Shown: piece after piece, positions 12,136-24,430 of the stretch
How positions within the stretch are numbered: position 1 is the stretch's first letter
How the letters are laid out: each line of letters opens with the position of its first letter
NCBI RefSeq assembly: GCF_006345805.1
Contig: NC_042997.1
Span: 49,228,001-49,292,000, forward strand
DNA: 64,000 nucleotides
Direction of reading: 5' to 3'
Source of the DNA: Octopus sinensis
Taxonomy: Eukaryota
The notes under the pieces: model-generated
Told to the model about the DNA's origin: nothing
Database searches by the model: none
The model's input: the letters and a program-made list of their open reading frames with translations, nothing else
Position numbers and translations under genes: made by a program

Positions 12136-12484
12136 TTTAAAATTTAAAGATAAATACACGTGAGGTGGTAGTTCGTAAAAGTGTGGAAACTTGCGCAAGA
12201 GATATCTTCATGCATCTTGAGCTGTTATTCCATGTTTGGTTTAAGTTTATTCTGATCGGAGGAAGATTTGAAATTCTTCAGATATACCAAAACTAATCAA
12301 AAGACAAAAGCACAGTTTCGGTGCTAGATAACAATGTCAACAATAATACTTTATCCAAGTACTTCATTGACACTTAGCGTTTGCAATTCTTGCTGAATAA
12401 CTGTTACATAACTGTTACCATAGCAAGAACACAACTCTTAGTTTGCTGGCTGCGAAACAGGTTCTGTTACTCCTTGTTTCACAG

Positions 12485-12604
12485 TGTAGTAGTAGTAGTA
12501 GTAGTAGTAAGAAGTAGTAGTAGTAGTAGTATTAGTAAGAAGAAGTAGTAGTAAGTAGTAGTAGTAGTAAGTAAGTAGTAGTAGTAGTAGTAGTAAGAAG
12601 AAGC

Positions 12605-12640
<36 letters not shown>
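12485..12640. repeat. Interrupted (AGT)n microsatellite
   Basis: Read directly from the sequence. Confidence 0.95.
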
Positions 12641-12641
<1 letters not shown>

Positions 12642-14028
12642 AAGACAATCATCACACTGTAAAATCAATTATTCACGCGATATGCACAAAAAGTGAAAAT
12701 TTGTAAATATCTGTTTCCACGCATTTGCAAAAAGTGAATGTGATTAAATAAATAAGATAACAATTAAAAAATTCCAAATTGTAGAGTTGAAGTTCGTTTG
12801 ACAGAGTAGAAAAAAAATTTTAAAGCACAAAAGTTAATTGTCCTCACAGAAATGTTACAGAGCTATACAAAATGGTTTCATTTGTTCGTTTCGGCATGTT
12901 TTTTTACCTTTTTCTTCTTTTTTTTTTCATGTCGGGCTGTACAGAGACATCTTTGAAGCAAGATGCCTTTCCTGTTGCCAACCCTCACCTGTTTTTCAAG
13001 CAAGAGATCTTATATTCCACTGGTCTCTAAAATGCACACAGAGGCCAGTTGTAATGTTAACAAGAAATATAAGCATTCATATGCATACACACAGAGCAGG
13101 TTTCCATACAGTTTCCAGTTTTCAATTCCACTCTTGATCAGGTGAAGGCTTTAGAAGACATTTTCCCAAGGTGTTGCACAATAGTACTGAACCTGAAACC
13201 ATGTGGTTGCAAAGCAAATCTCTGAAGCACACAACCATCCCTGCACCTTCATATATGTTTCTTTGTTACCCACAAGGGGCTAAACATAGAGGGGACAAAA
13301 CAAGGACATACAAACGGATTAAGTCAATTACATCGACCCCAGTGCATAACTGGTACTTAATTTATCGACCCCAAAACATATAGTAAATATTTAGTTTATT
13401 TCATTCGACAAGGTTCAGTATTCACGCTCTATGGATGTTCTGTTAAAGTTAGCTTTTTCTAGATAACAGAAGGTAGGGAAAGAGGGAGAGAGAGAGAGAG
13501 AGAGAGTGTGAGTGTGTGTGTAGGTATGTATGATTGTAATAATTATTTTTAACAAAACAGATAGAATATGGATGGTAAATCAAAGTAATACACTTGTCAA
13601 TGTTGCCTCGTGGTTGTCTTTTTGAGATGTGACATCGAACATCGCTTGTAACTGAAAGAACACTGGTTCACACATACAAACTTCCACATACTTCCCTTGT
13701 GCACACACACACACACACATACATACATACACTCACACAAAGTTGAAACGCTGTTTGACTTTTCTTTTCAGCATTGAATGTTCACCAACATCATTTGCAT
13801 TTGCGACTTTTATAAACCTACACTTTTCCCACGATAACATAGTCATAAGTAAGGATTCTTATAATCTAGGCACAACAACATAGTTGCATCTATATAATTA
13901 GCATAAGGAATATTAAATTTAAAAAATAATAAATGCAAAGAAAGAAAATCAATAAATTAATAAAATTTGAACAGAGGTCCATAATCATCGCTTATTAAAT
14001 TTCAGTCCACTAGAATTTCATAATTATA

Positions 14029-14361
14029 TATCTATCTATCTATCTATCCGCTCAGACGAAGTCAACTCTCGGTTACTCGATGGATCAGTGTTCTCCAGCC
14101 AGTTCTGTCCTGGGTCGCTTCTTTCAGATTGGCTATGGCCATTCCCGTGTCACTTTTGATGGTGTCAAGCCAGCGGGTTCTTGGTCAGCCTCTTCATCTC
14201 TTGCCACTGACCATTCCGAGCATGATGTCCTTCTCCAGGGATTTTCTCCACATAATATAACCAAAATATGCCAGTCTATGCTTGGTGATCCTAGCTTCTA
14301 CCAACAGTTTCAGCTTGATCCATTTAAGAACTTCTCCATTGGTCTGCTTCGCTGTCCATGG
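14029..14361 (-). mobile_element. BovB-like RTE 3' fragment with (GATA)n tail
   Basis: PWTAKQTN...LAYFGYIM..SLEKDIMLG..SGKR*RG*PRTRWLD....DRTGWRTLIHRVTES*LRLSG, with in-frame stops. Confidence 0.8.
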
Positions 14362-14584
14362 AATCAGTAAAATTATATAAATGTGTGCTATTCATTCTTT
14401 CTTAAACACGTATGAATTTGTATGTATGCATATGCTACTTTTAAATTTTCCATGTATCATGATATTTTTACATTTTATGTGAATGAATATAAATCAGTAC
14501 CCCAGTATGACTGAAACATGTAAAAGTATTTCATTAGTATCTGATACCTGTGAAATGCAAGATTCATTGTGCCTAATGCACAAT

Positions 14585-14980
14585 GCGAGCTGGCAGAATT
14601 GTTAGCACGCCGGGCGAAATGCTTAGCAGTATTTCATCTGCCTTTACGTTCTGAGTTCAAATTCCGCCGAGGTCGACTTTGCCTTTCATCCTTTCGGGGT
14701 CGATTAAATAAGTACCAGTTATGCACTGGGATTGATATAATCGACTTAATCCATTTGTCTGTCCTTGTTTGTCCTCTCTGTGTTCAGCCCCTTGTGGGTA
14801 GTAAAGAAATGGGTATTTTGCCTGCTGTTACGTTCTAAGTTCAAATTCTGCCGAGGTCGACTTAGCCTTTCATCCTTTCGGGGTTGATAAATTAAGTACC
14901 AGCTGTGTACTGGGGTCGATCTAATCGACTAATCCCCCCAACCAAATTTGAGGCCTTGTGCCTCTAGTAGAAAGGATTAT
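14585..14980 (+). mobile_element. SINE-A dimer
   Basis: A1, then GGTATT (14812-14817), then a second monomer with a different tail (ggccttgtgcctctagtagaaaggattat). Confidence 0.8.
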
Positions 14981-16054
14981 GGGTGTAGTACATGTGTCCT
15001 ATGTGTGATGTCCTATGTGTGCCATGTGGTCCATGTGATGCACAATGCTTTTGTAAAGGATACAGTCATGTTGCATATGCACTGGCATGGACTTCATTCC
15101 CTATATTCAGCCCTCATTCAACTGGATTCTTGTGGAATCTGCTTCACAGTGATGTAAGAAGAGGAAAATGTTGTCACACTTACATCGACAACTTGATTGC
15201 AGACAATGGCTTGGAATGATTCTAGGACTTAGAAGCAGTGATGATGGGCTGAGAAGTGTTGTGGGTGGCCTTTGTTGCTGCAGCATGGGCTGTAACCCAG
15301 CCATAATAATAATGTGATTAAGGAACATGATATGATCATAGTGTAAGATGTTTTAGTGTGACATAATGTGTGATGCAACTGACACATGTGATGCAACTGC
15401 AATTTCAATGTATGATGCAGTAATGTGTGGGTGTATGTGACGTGTCTTAATCTGTATACAATTCTCTAAGTATGGTTATACAAAATACTACTGAAAGGAA
15501 GAATCACATTAAAAAGCGAAAGAGCCACCAGAGGGTTCTTGGCTTATATTGTTTGCCATTGTTGTTATAAGACACCAATTTCACACACACACACACACTT
15601 AGCTACAGGGACTCTACAAAAAGGTTCTCACATCCTATGACAAAGACCAAGCAGCACCACTTAAATTTAATTACACCATTCTTATAAAAGATCTTTACCA
15701 TTTCCTCTACACCTCTTTCTTCTTGTAGACTCATTTATTGCTTATAATAAAGAAGATAAAAGCCGAGAAGAAGAAGAAGAATATACAGAGGAAATGAACA
15801 ATGAACTTGGTGTGAGAAAGATGTTAGTGATTCTATAGCAATTTATTTGTGGATGTATCATATTAGATGAGTGATAATTAAATTGTACAAGTGAAAAAAC
15901 AAAAAAAAACAAGACACAGTGACTAACTAAATGAATAAGGGGGTCACGTAGCTTGATGGCTTCATGCAACTTAGTTTCAAATCCGACACCCATGTATCTA
16001 TGTAATGTCTCAATATCGTTGGAAATCACTGCTTTGAAATGGAATTTCAAAACT

Positions 16055-16450
16055 CTCTTTTACTCTTTTACTTGTTTCAGTCAGGTGACTGTGGCCATGC
16101 TGCAACACCACATTTAGTCGAGCAAATCAACCCCAGGACTTATTCTTTGTAAGCCCAGGACTTATTCTATTGGACTTTTTTGCCGAACAGCTAAGTTACG
16201 GGGGACGTAAACACACCTGCATCGGTTGTCAAGCGATGTTGGGGGGAGAGGGCAAACACAGACACACAAACACACATACATATACATATATACGACAGGC
16301 TTCTTTCAGTTTTCGTCTACCAAATCCACTCACACAGCTTTGGTCGGCCCGAGGCTATAGCAGAAGACACTTGCCCAAGGTGCCACGCAGAGGGACTGAA
16401 ACCGGAACCATGTGGTTTGTAAGCAAGCTACTTACCACACAGCCACTCTT
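16055..16450 (-). mobile_element. SINE-B, tail T1
   Basis: Reverse complement of the 32405-32830 structure. Confidence 0.85.
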
Positions 16451-17399
16451 TTTTTATTCTTACTTGTGGCTTAAGATGACATGTAAAAGAGGATTAGCAA
16501 TGTAAATGGAATTAGGTTAGCAAATTCTTCAAAATGTGATTGCATGTGTGTACATATCAGGATGCCTACATGCAATTTAAAACTGTATTCCAATAATCTA
16601 ATAATAAAAAATGTTTTTTTTATATTAACAGAATGGTTCATTACATGGTCATTGCCACAAGTTACATCACACACACATACAAACACACGCGAGTGAAGTA
16701 GGAATCAATACATTTGGTTCGAGTTGAGTCAAACTGGTGTGTGTGTGTACAAGCATGCACATATAATTCATTTACATACTGAAATTAATACTACATGAAG
16801 GTTATAAAACAGCTGAAATCATATGGAAGTCAGATGAATAAATAACTATCTTCACCTCTCACACTTCCTAACTTTACACACACGCACACACACATACATG
16901 TATACATACACATATGAAGATAATCAGGAAAACCATTTTTTTTCCCTGGTTATTAACATTGTCTTAGATAAGGAAGGGCATTATCCATGCAAGACATTCA
17001 CAGAACTTAGGCAAGAAGAAAGAGAAAAAGAAATCCCATGTCATGGTTTAATGCAAAAGATAACAAGACGGTATCACATAAAGATGCTGAGTTATCCAGT
17101 TAGAGAAGAGGCTTGGTCCAAATGTTTGCCATAGAGTGGACTCCTGTAAAGGCATCTGAATGCCAGATGCTGCTTTCAAAACAGACATTGTATAAAGTCT
17201 CTCAATAAAATCAGATACACTCTGATATAGGTTACCACACAATTTGCATCTACCCGATTCCACACTCGAGGCTTAGCTTGACCTGAGGCTGTGGTAGGAG
17301 AGATACTCAGCACCAAATTGAGACCAATGTAACAGCATCATATCTGGAACCCTGTGATTGCAAAGTAAACTTTATAACTACAAACAAATAACTGAGTTC

Positions 17400-17665
17400 A
17401 TCGTCTCTGTTGGATTGCTTACTCTGTTGGATTGTGTTGTGAGTGTTTATTGAGCGAAAACACCTAAAGCTCCACGAGGCTCCGGCAGGAGGTGGTGGTG
17501 ATCCCTGCTGTACTCTTTCACCACAACTTTCTCTCACACTTTCTTCTGTTGGCCTGCTCACTTAGCCAGCGGGGTGGCATCATTTGAAGGCTAAAACAAT
17601 GTGAAGCGCATTGTGACCAGCGATGTGTAGCAACATCTGATAGCTTGGTCGGTCACGGTGATTAT
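17400..17665 (+). mobile_element. SINE-D body
   Basis: gtgagtgtttattgagcgaaaacacctaaagctccacgaggctccggcagg... matches 51915-52040 on the minus strand. Confidence 0.7.
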
Positions 17666-17796
17666 TGATTATATTTTGAATTATATATTTATGGAGGAAC
17701 CAAATTCTTTTAATTGTGCAGGGCCAGACCTTGAAACAATATTTGGTCCTCATATATGGTATTTAACATCAGAATCCCAGCAGTAGTTGATGATCT

Positions 17797-18170
17797 GCAG
17801 CAGAAATGTTAGAACTCCAGGCGAAATACTTAATGGTATTAGCACACCGGGCGAAATACGTAGCAGTATTTCATCTGCCATTACGTTCTGAGTTCAAATT
17901 CCGCCGAGGTCGACTTTGCCTGTCATCCTTTCGGAATCGATAAATTAAGGACCAGTTACGCACTGGGGTCAATATAATCGACTTAATCCGTTTGTCTGTC
18001 CTTGTTTGTCCTCTCTGTGTTTAGCCCCTTGTGGGTAGTAAAGAAACAGGTATTTCATCTGTCTTCACGTTCTGAGTTCAAATTCCACTGAGGTCGACTT
18101 TGCTTTCATCTTTTTGGGGGGGTCAATGAATTAAGTACCAGTTGCATACTGGGGTCGATCTAACTGACTG
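17797..18170 (+). mobile_element. SINE-A1 nested in an older SINE-A
   Basis: Old head 17797-17840; insert 17841-18048; GGTATT duplicated at 17835-40 and 18049-54; old body resumes. Confidence 0.82.
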
Positions 18171-18840
18171 GATTAATATGAGCAGAGTTTGAGACATGGA
18201 AAATAGAATAGTGCAATAGAGAAAGAGTGAATACATTACAGCATTTTGTTTTTGTACCTCTTGTTTAGAATTCCCCCAAAGTCCCTCCAGACATACCCTC
18301 ACTCTAAATGTGAATGTGACAATGATAGAATGGTGGTAAATCTATAAAATACCAATAATGTAATGGTACCATTTCAAAGATTATCAGTCAAAAGAAATCA
18401 ATATGCTGATAGCTTAGTGAAATTAACAAGTTTCACAGGACAGAAATAAGGTACGCATCCAGAGAACAAAACAGACATACACACACAAACTAAAAATTGC
18501 AACCTAAACTGGTGATTGCAAGTAGAAGCCATTTCTTCACATCATATCTTTGTTCTTGAGAAAGACAAGAGCATCACATAACCTCATTTCTCAGCATGAT
18601 TTTTTTTTTTTTATGAAAGACAGACAGACAGAAAGAGAGAGAGTTAGAGAAAGAGAGAGAGAGAGATTCAGACTACTTTTTTTTTTTTTGTCACAAGATA
18701 TTCCAGTCTACTATTTAACACTAGTATTGTCCTTGAGTTGGTTAACAAGTTAGTCTGCAATATTTTCACACAGATAAGGCTGACTCAACATGTAGAAAAT
18801 GGAACAGAAAATAATGTACAAAAAAGAGAGAGACAGAGAG

Positions 18841-18882
<42 letters not shown>

Positions 18883-19026
18883 AAGAAAGAAGGTAAAAAT
18901 GTTTGGCCTGTGGTAGTTCTGCTATTATCCTCAAAGAAATAAAGTTCAGTCATGCAATGAGCAACACACTTAAGAAAGAAGTTTACTCAGCAGATCATTA
19001 TTAGAGTTTATGAATTAGTCATATTC

Positions 19027-19027
<1 letters not shown>

Positions 19028-19081
<54 letters not shown>

Positions 19082-19092
19082 TGTGTGTGTGT
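19028..19092. repeat. (TG)n microsatellite (other long simple repeats: (TA)n 23010-23070, 47018-47052, 53385-53430; (CT)n 23213-23280; (AG)n 18847-18880; (CA)n 44899-44948; (GAG)n 2565-2595)
   Basis: Read directly from the sequence. Confidence 0.95.
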
Positions 19093-19404
19093 ATATACAT
19101 GTATATGTCCTGTCAAGTAATTATATGCATTATATTTTTATTCTTTATATTTGTGTGAGTATGCGTTATTTCCTTCTGTTTTTTTTTTATGTGCATATAT
19201 TGTTGTTTCTTTTTTTTTTAAACTCCCATGTATGTGTTTCAATGTGTTAGTGAGTGCATATATCTGCCAGAAGGTTTGCAAATCTAACGGAGGCCTCAAA
19301 AGACATTTTAAGAACCGCAAAGATCAGGACTTATCTGCTGCTCTTGGTGGTCCAAATCAGATATGCAAAGCCATATCAGATGCCATGATGGTTCTAAGGT
19401 GTAG

Positions 19405-19610
19405 CACGTCGGGCGAAATGCTTAGCGGTATTTTGTCTGCCGTTACGTTGTGAGTTCAAATTCTGCTGAGGTCGACTTTACCTTTCATCCTTTCGGGGTC
19501 GATAAATTGAGTACCAGTTACGCACTGGGGTCGATGTAATCGACTTAATCCATTTATCTGTCCTTGTTTGTCCCCTCTATGTTTAGCCCCTTGTGGGTAA
19601 TAAAGAAATA
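19405..19610 (+). mobile_element. 5'-truncated SINE-A1
   Basis: 15-bp perfect TSD GGTTCTAAGGTGTAG at 19390-19404/19611-19625. Confidence 0.88.
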
Positions 19611-19960
19611 GGTTCTAAGGTGTAGGTACAGGAGGTGGTCAAACTCTGCATAAGGAGTAGACAACCACACACACACACACACACATACATATATATTCTT
19701 AGATCAGACAGCATATTGTGTCTTTGAGCAAGAAATTTTTTCACCTTGCCTTATTTCAGTTTATTTCACTCAGCTGTAGAAATGAGTTGCGACATCACTG
19801 GTGCCAAGCTGTATCAGCTTTTGTCTTTCCCTTGATAACATTGGTATGCATGGGCGACTGCAGGTCTTCCATAAAAAACCTCCTGTACCTATGCCTTAGA
19901 ACTATCATGGCATCTAATGTGGCTTTGCATATCCGATTTGGACCACCAAGAGCTGCAGAA

Positions 19961-20170
19961 AACAAACAAATGTATTAGTATAATGCTCAGGAATTGAAAA
20001 AAGTCTTTTAACGTTTCGAGCCTACACTCTTCCACAGAAAGGAACACAGAAAGAAACAAGGATAGCTCCTTGTTCCTTTCTGTGGAAGAGTGTAGGCTCC
20101 AAACGTTAAAAGACTTTTTCAATTCCCAAGCGTTATACTAATACATCCGTTTGTTCTCTACACAACATGT
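19961..20170. mobile_element. Penelope-like remnant (family P2) as an inverted duplication with a hammerhead-like core
   Basis: Arms 19961-20046 and 20071-20155; motif CTGTGGA-A-GAG(tgtagg)CTC-GAAACGTT on the left arm (minus strand). Confidence 0.6.
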
Positions 20171-21969
20171 CTGGCCAGGGCGAAATATTACCTTGCTGTT
20201 TGGAAACAGATAGGGGTTGGTGCCAGGAAAGGTATCTGGTCATAGAAAATCTGTCTCAAATAAACACCATCTGATCCATGCAAGCATGGAAAAGTCGATA
20301 GATGATGATGATATATGGCTGCAGTGCTTTTTCTTGCTGCATCTCAAAATATCCAAATTCCTTTACCATTCATCTGTTGCTATCTTGTATTAAGTTTCTA
20401 TTATTCTTTGATATTAACTGTGCCGGTGGCACGTAAAAAGCACCCACTACACTCACGGAGTGGTTGGCGTTAGGAAGGGCATCCAGCTGTAGAAACACTG
20501 CCAGATCAGACTGGGCCTGGTGCAGCCTTCTGGCTTCCCAGACCCCAGTTGAACCGTCCAACCCATGCTAGCATGGAAAGCGGACGTTAAACAATGATGA
20601 TGATGATGATGATTTACTAGAAAACCAATCACACTCACTGATATTGTTTGATATATGTTGAACTCAAATCTATAGTCTTCAAGGCAACAATATCTAGTCT
20701 AACATTAAACTTAATTCCTTCACCTGCTCACAACAGTTACACTAAATTCTGAACTCCTGACCATGTAGTGAGTAGTTATAGCAGCCTAATGAAACAGTTT
20801 ATTTTGTCTCAATCATTACAAATATTTAGAAAATGAAAGTGTGTTGTAAACCAAAAAAAAAAAAGAAAGAAAACTGGAAAAAATACAAAGGGGATGGTTT
20901 AATTATTATCAGCTTAATGAGACTTTTAAATTATCTTACAACTATTTTTTCACAAGTTGAGAAAATTTTATTAAATAATGAGAATATTTTGCAAACATTT
21001 TCCTCAGAAAGTTACACTGAAACCTTACGCAGTCCACTCAATCACCAAAAAAAAAAAAATCAACTTAAGAGAGAGAGAGAGAGAGAGAGTGTGTGTGTGT
21101 GTGTGTTTTAAAATATATTATATTAAATTTCTTTACATATGACGTTATTTTTCATTTGATATTTCACACTTACTTGGCATCCATTCCTTCCTCAGTTCAG
21201 GTCAAGTACGAAGGCAAGGAATTAAAATATCCGACTATATTTGTAATTCAAATCTCTTGATTTTACATATAGCTTTTCACAGATCAATGAATGCATGTAT
21301 ATGTATGAATATGGAGTGGTCATGTGAAGGCAAAAAAACCCCAAAAAACTACATGAATGAATTTCAGAAATTTCATGCAAAGTAGCACAATATTTTTTAT
21401 TGTAAAGAGAGAGGGAAAACAAGTTCTCCTCTTCTTACCAAATGTAACACTTCTTCACTTCCAGTAACAGAGTGTAATCACCATTTTTACCATGCCTGCC
21501 AACTGAGAGGAACACATTTATTAAATCATCATCCAATTATCTTTAATATCTGGTGCAAAACCAATAAGTAAGAACAGATGTGATGGATGTATAATACTCC
21601 ATACTTTGATTTTATATACCACTCTACTGACAAGTGCCTATTCTTCCTGACTTTTGGATTCTTAGACAGCTATACATATGTGCAACAAGTTGGTAGAGTC
21701 CTTAGACTGTTGGTATAATGAATTGTTTGGGCTCTATGCTCTCACAGTTCAAAGTCAAATTTTATTTTTCAGCATTTTGTAGTCAATAAAGGTACTAGTC
21801 CAGTTTTGAGTAAATTCTTCTCATTTGGTTCGTTGTTTTACTTTTTCTTTCAGGAAGAACTCAGCTGTGTTCAAATCTGGAGAGACATCAGCTCCACCAG
21901 ATTTAAATTTCTCCAAGGCACACTTCCACCATGATGGTGCCCCAAGGAAGCAAGGAAAGGAAGAAGGGA

Positions 21970-22260
21970 TCATCATCATCATCATCGTTTAACGTCCGTT
22001 TTCCATGCTAGCATGGGTTGGACGGTTCGACTGGGGTCTGGGAAGCCAGGAGGCTGCACCAGGCTCCAGTCTGATCTGGCAGAGTTTCTACAGCTGGATA
22101 CCCTTCCTAACACCAACCACTCTCAGAGTGTAGTGGGTGCTTTTTATGTGCCACCGGCACGGAAGCCAATCAAGGCAGCGCTGGCATCGGCCACATACGG
22201 ATGGTGCTTTTTACGTGCCACCAGCACAGGTATCACAACTACAATTTCTATTTGATTTTT
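21970..22260 (-). mobile_element. Isolated R1 RTE 3' end (others at about 6137-6400, 7620-8065, 42850-42985, 51430-52180, 56914-57260, 61420-61740 on -; 20420-20615, 48300-48525 on +)
   Basis: (CAT)n-CGTTTAACGTCCG...CTACAGCTGGATACCCTTCCTAAC is the reverse complement of 41200-41383. Confidence 0.85.
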
Positions 22261-23007
22261 TTATGTTGATATATATATATATAATAAAAAAGAGCAATAC
22301 CCATGACGTTTACAGGTTTTTCGATATTGGTGAGCTTGTTCTTAATCTAAACAATAGCAGATCAATGTCTGCAGAAAAAACATGCATCTAGAATGGAAAC
22401 CAATCAAAAGATTCTGAATGCATACAAAAGAATGAACACTGCTAAAGTTACATGAGAACTAGGTGATGGTATTTAAACCAGACAGAATGTTACATTTTAT
22501 GTGCATGTATGTCTTTCTCTTCAGGCAGCCATTACTATCTGTAACACGTGTATTGCTTGTGAAAATGTTAGATGTTAGAACTAGCTGTAGAAAATCATGC
22601 CAGAAAGCCATACAAGGTTCTCAGATTGCTGTTAAGTATTTAGGATAATTATGTAATTTCCTCAGTGGAAGTAATTAACTTACACTTCATCGCTGCTAGA
22701 AACAACAATTAAACCCAGACAACATCACACTCAAAACATGGAATTAGTAGATACTGAATCTTTGCAGCATTTTTGTCATCAGTCCACCAGATATTTAGCC
22801 TTATCTTCATGGTAACTGACAGAAACCACCAGAAATTACTCCCAATTATAGCAAGTGATAAGGCTTCAAAATCAGTCCCTTTTGCAGTGTAGAAGATATA
22901 ATAATGTCTAAGTTTGAACAGGGAATTCAAATCAGTAAATTGGATTAAAGGTTAAGCGAGAGATAAAAACTTTTGATAATTGATAACAATCCAGAGATTG
23001 TGTTCCA

Positions 23008-23071
<64 letters not shown>

Positions 23072-23210
23072 TAGGCAACCACTTGGGTGAGTCCTTAGAG
23101 ATTCAGATAACCTTTCCAACACTCTGAGTGAGTTCAAATCCCACTGCAAACAACACTTTACCTTTCATCTTTTAGGGGTCAATAAAGTACCAGTCCTGTA
23201 CTAGGTTGCT

Positions 23211-23259
<49 letters not shown>

Positions 23260-24046
23260 AGGAGGAGGAGGAGGCAGAAATCAGTTGTGTTTAGACTCAT
23301 AAAGATATGGGGTTCTGCTAGTTTTAAAAATGCCCAAGACACATGTTAGACTGATACTCCTACAACTTTATCATAAGTGTTGAGAACCCAAGTTAAGGTG
23401 TGTGTGTGTGTGTGTTTGGTGGGGAAAGCTTTATGGCTTTATGATTAAGATGTTTAATTCTGAATCACACTGTTTTGGGTTCAGTCCTCCTACTGTGTGG
23501 TACCTTGGGTAAATGTCTTCTGCTGTTATCCCCAGGCTAATTTACACTCTGTGAGTGAATACGGTAAGTGGAAATTGTACAAAGCCTTCCATGTGAGTGT
23601 GTATATCTGTAAATGTAAATTGCTTTGCATTTCCTTGACTTGACATCAAACTGTCGTCCACTCAGTGCACTTTCAAAGACTTCGAAAAAGGGATCCCTTA
23701 CTTGAAAAGCAGATAAGAGTTAGTGACAGGAAGGGCAGCGGGCATTCAGGTCTAAAAAAAATATTATGTATTTTCATTTAACCCATGCTAGCACAGAAAC
23801 ACCAAGTGTAAAAATGAATAGGAATGATATATAGAAGTATTCTAATATAAAATCATCTCTCTATCTCATGCACACACATACACGTGTGTGTGTGTGTGTG
23901 CGCATGTGCACGCACGTATGCATGTATACATATATGCATGCATATATGTATGCTGTAATCACTGCAGGACAGTGTCAAATATAAAGAAATATTGCCCAGC
24001 AGAAATGAAAGAAAAAGTTCAATTGCTTTAATGCATTCAAACATAA

Positions 24047-24430
24047 TCTCTTACATAAAATCCGTTCTGTCTGTCTGTGTGTGGGTGGGGAGGGGCTTCT
24101 AGGTTCTCGAGCATCCTCCATCCGATTGCGCTCAAATTTGACACGTAGATACCAACGGTATCAGGGTGTGTATAAGTCTTGAAAAAATTACAAAAATCAA
24201 TTCCAGGTGAGAATGCGATCAATAAAGCCATGGGAAATCGTTTTTCTTTGGAATAGAAAAAAAGTCTATCTTTATTTCTTCTTTTGCTGGTGTCTCAAAT
24301 TTAGGTTAAATCCGTGTTTCTCAAAGGGGAGGTCTATAGGACGGTCGGACAAGTTGTTTTGAGAAAATTTGGTTTAAATGTTTGACAACTCAGCACCATC
24401 CATTGGATGGGGGGGGGGGCGTTTTGCTCG
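24047..24430 (+). mobile_element. Helitron-like element H2
   Basis: A|TC start, CCATCC-ATT-GGATGG hairpin, CTCG|T end. Confidence 0.62.

Noticed and set aside
12438-12668. Homopolymeric ORFs (poly-Y/L/T, YI, CV, HT runs) throughout the ORF track
   Set aside because: Translations of microsatellites.
17048-17263. CKLCG...-containing ORF suggestive of a LINE zinc knuckle
   Set aside because: The His/Cys partners of a CCHC motif are missing; not supportable.
21430-21490. Candidate upstream laminin exon ending ...EEVLHL|gtaag on the minus strand
   Set aside because: In-frame stop about 14 codons upstream, no good acceptor, and no resemblance to the LN motifs expected before LHL.
21840-21960. 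Plus-strand acceptor-like site (ctttttctttcag) followed by a short open frame
   Set aside because: No recognisable peptide or convincing donor, and opposite to the host gene.
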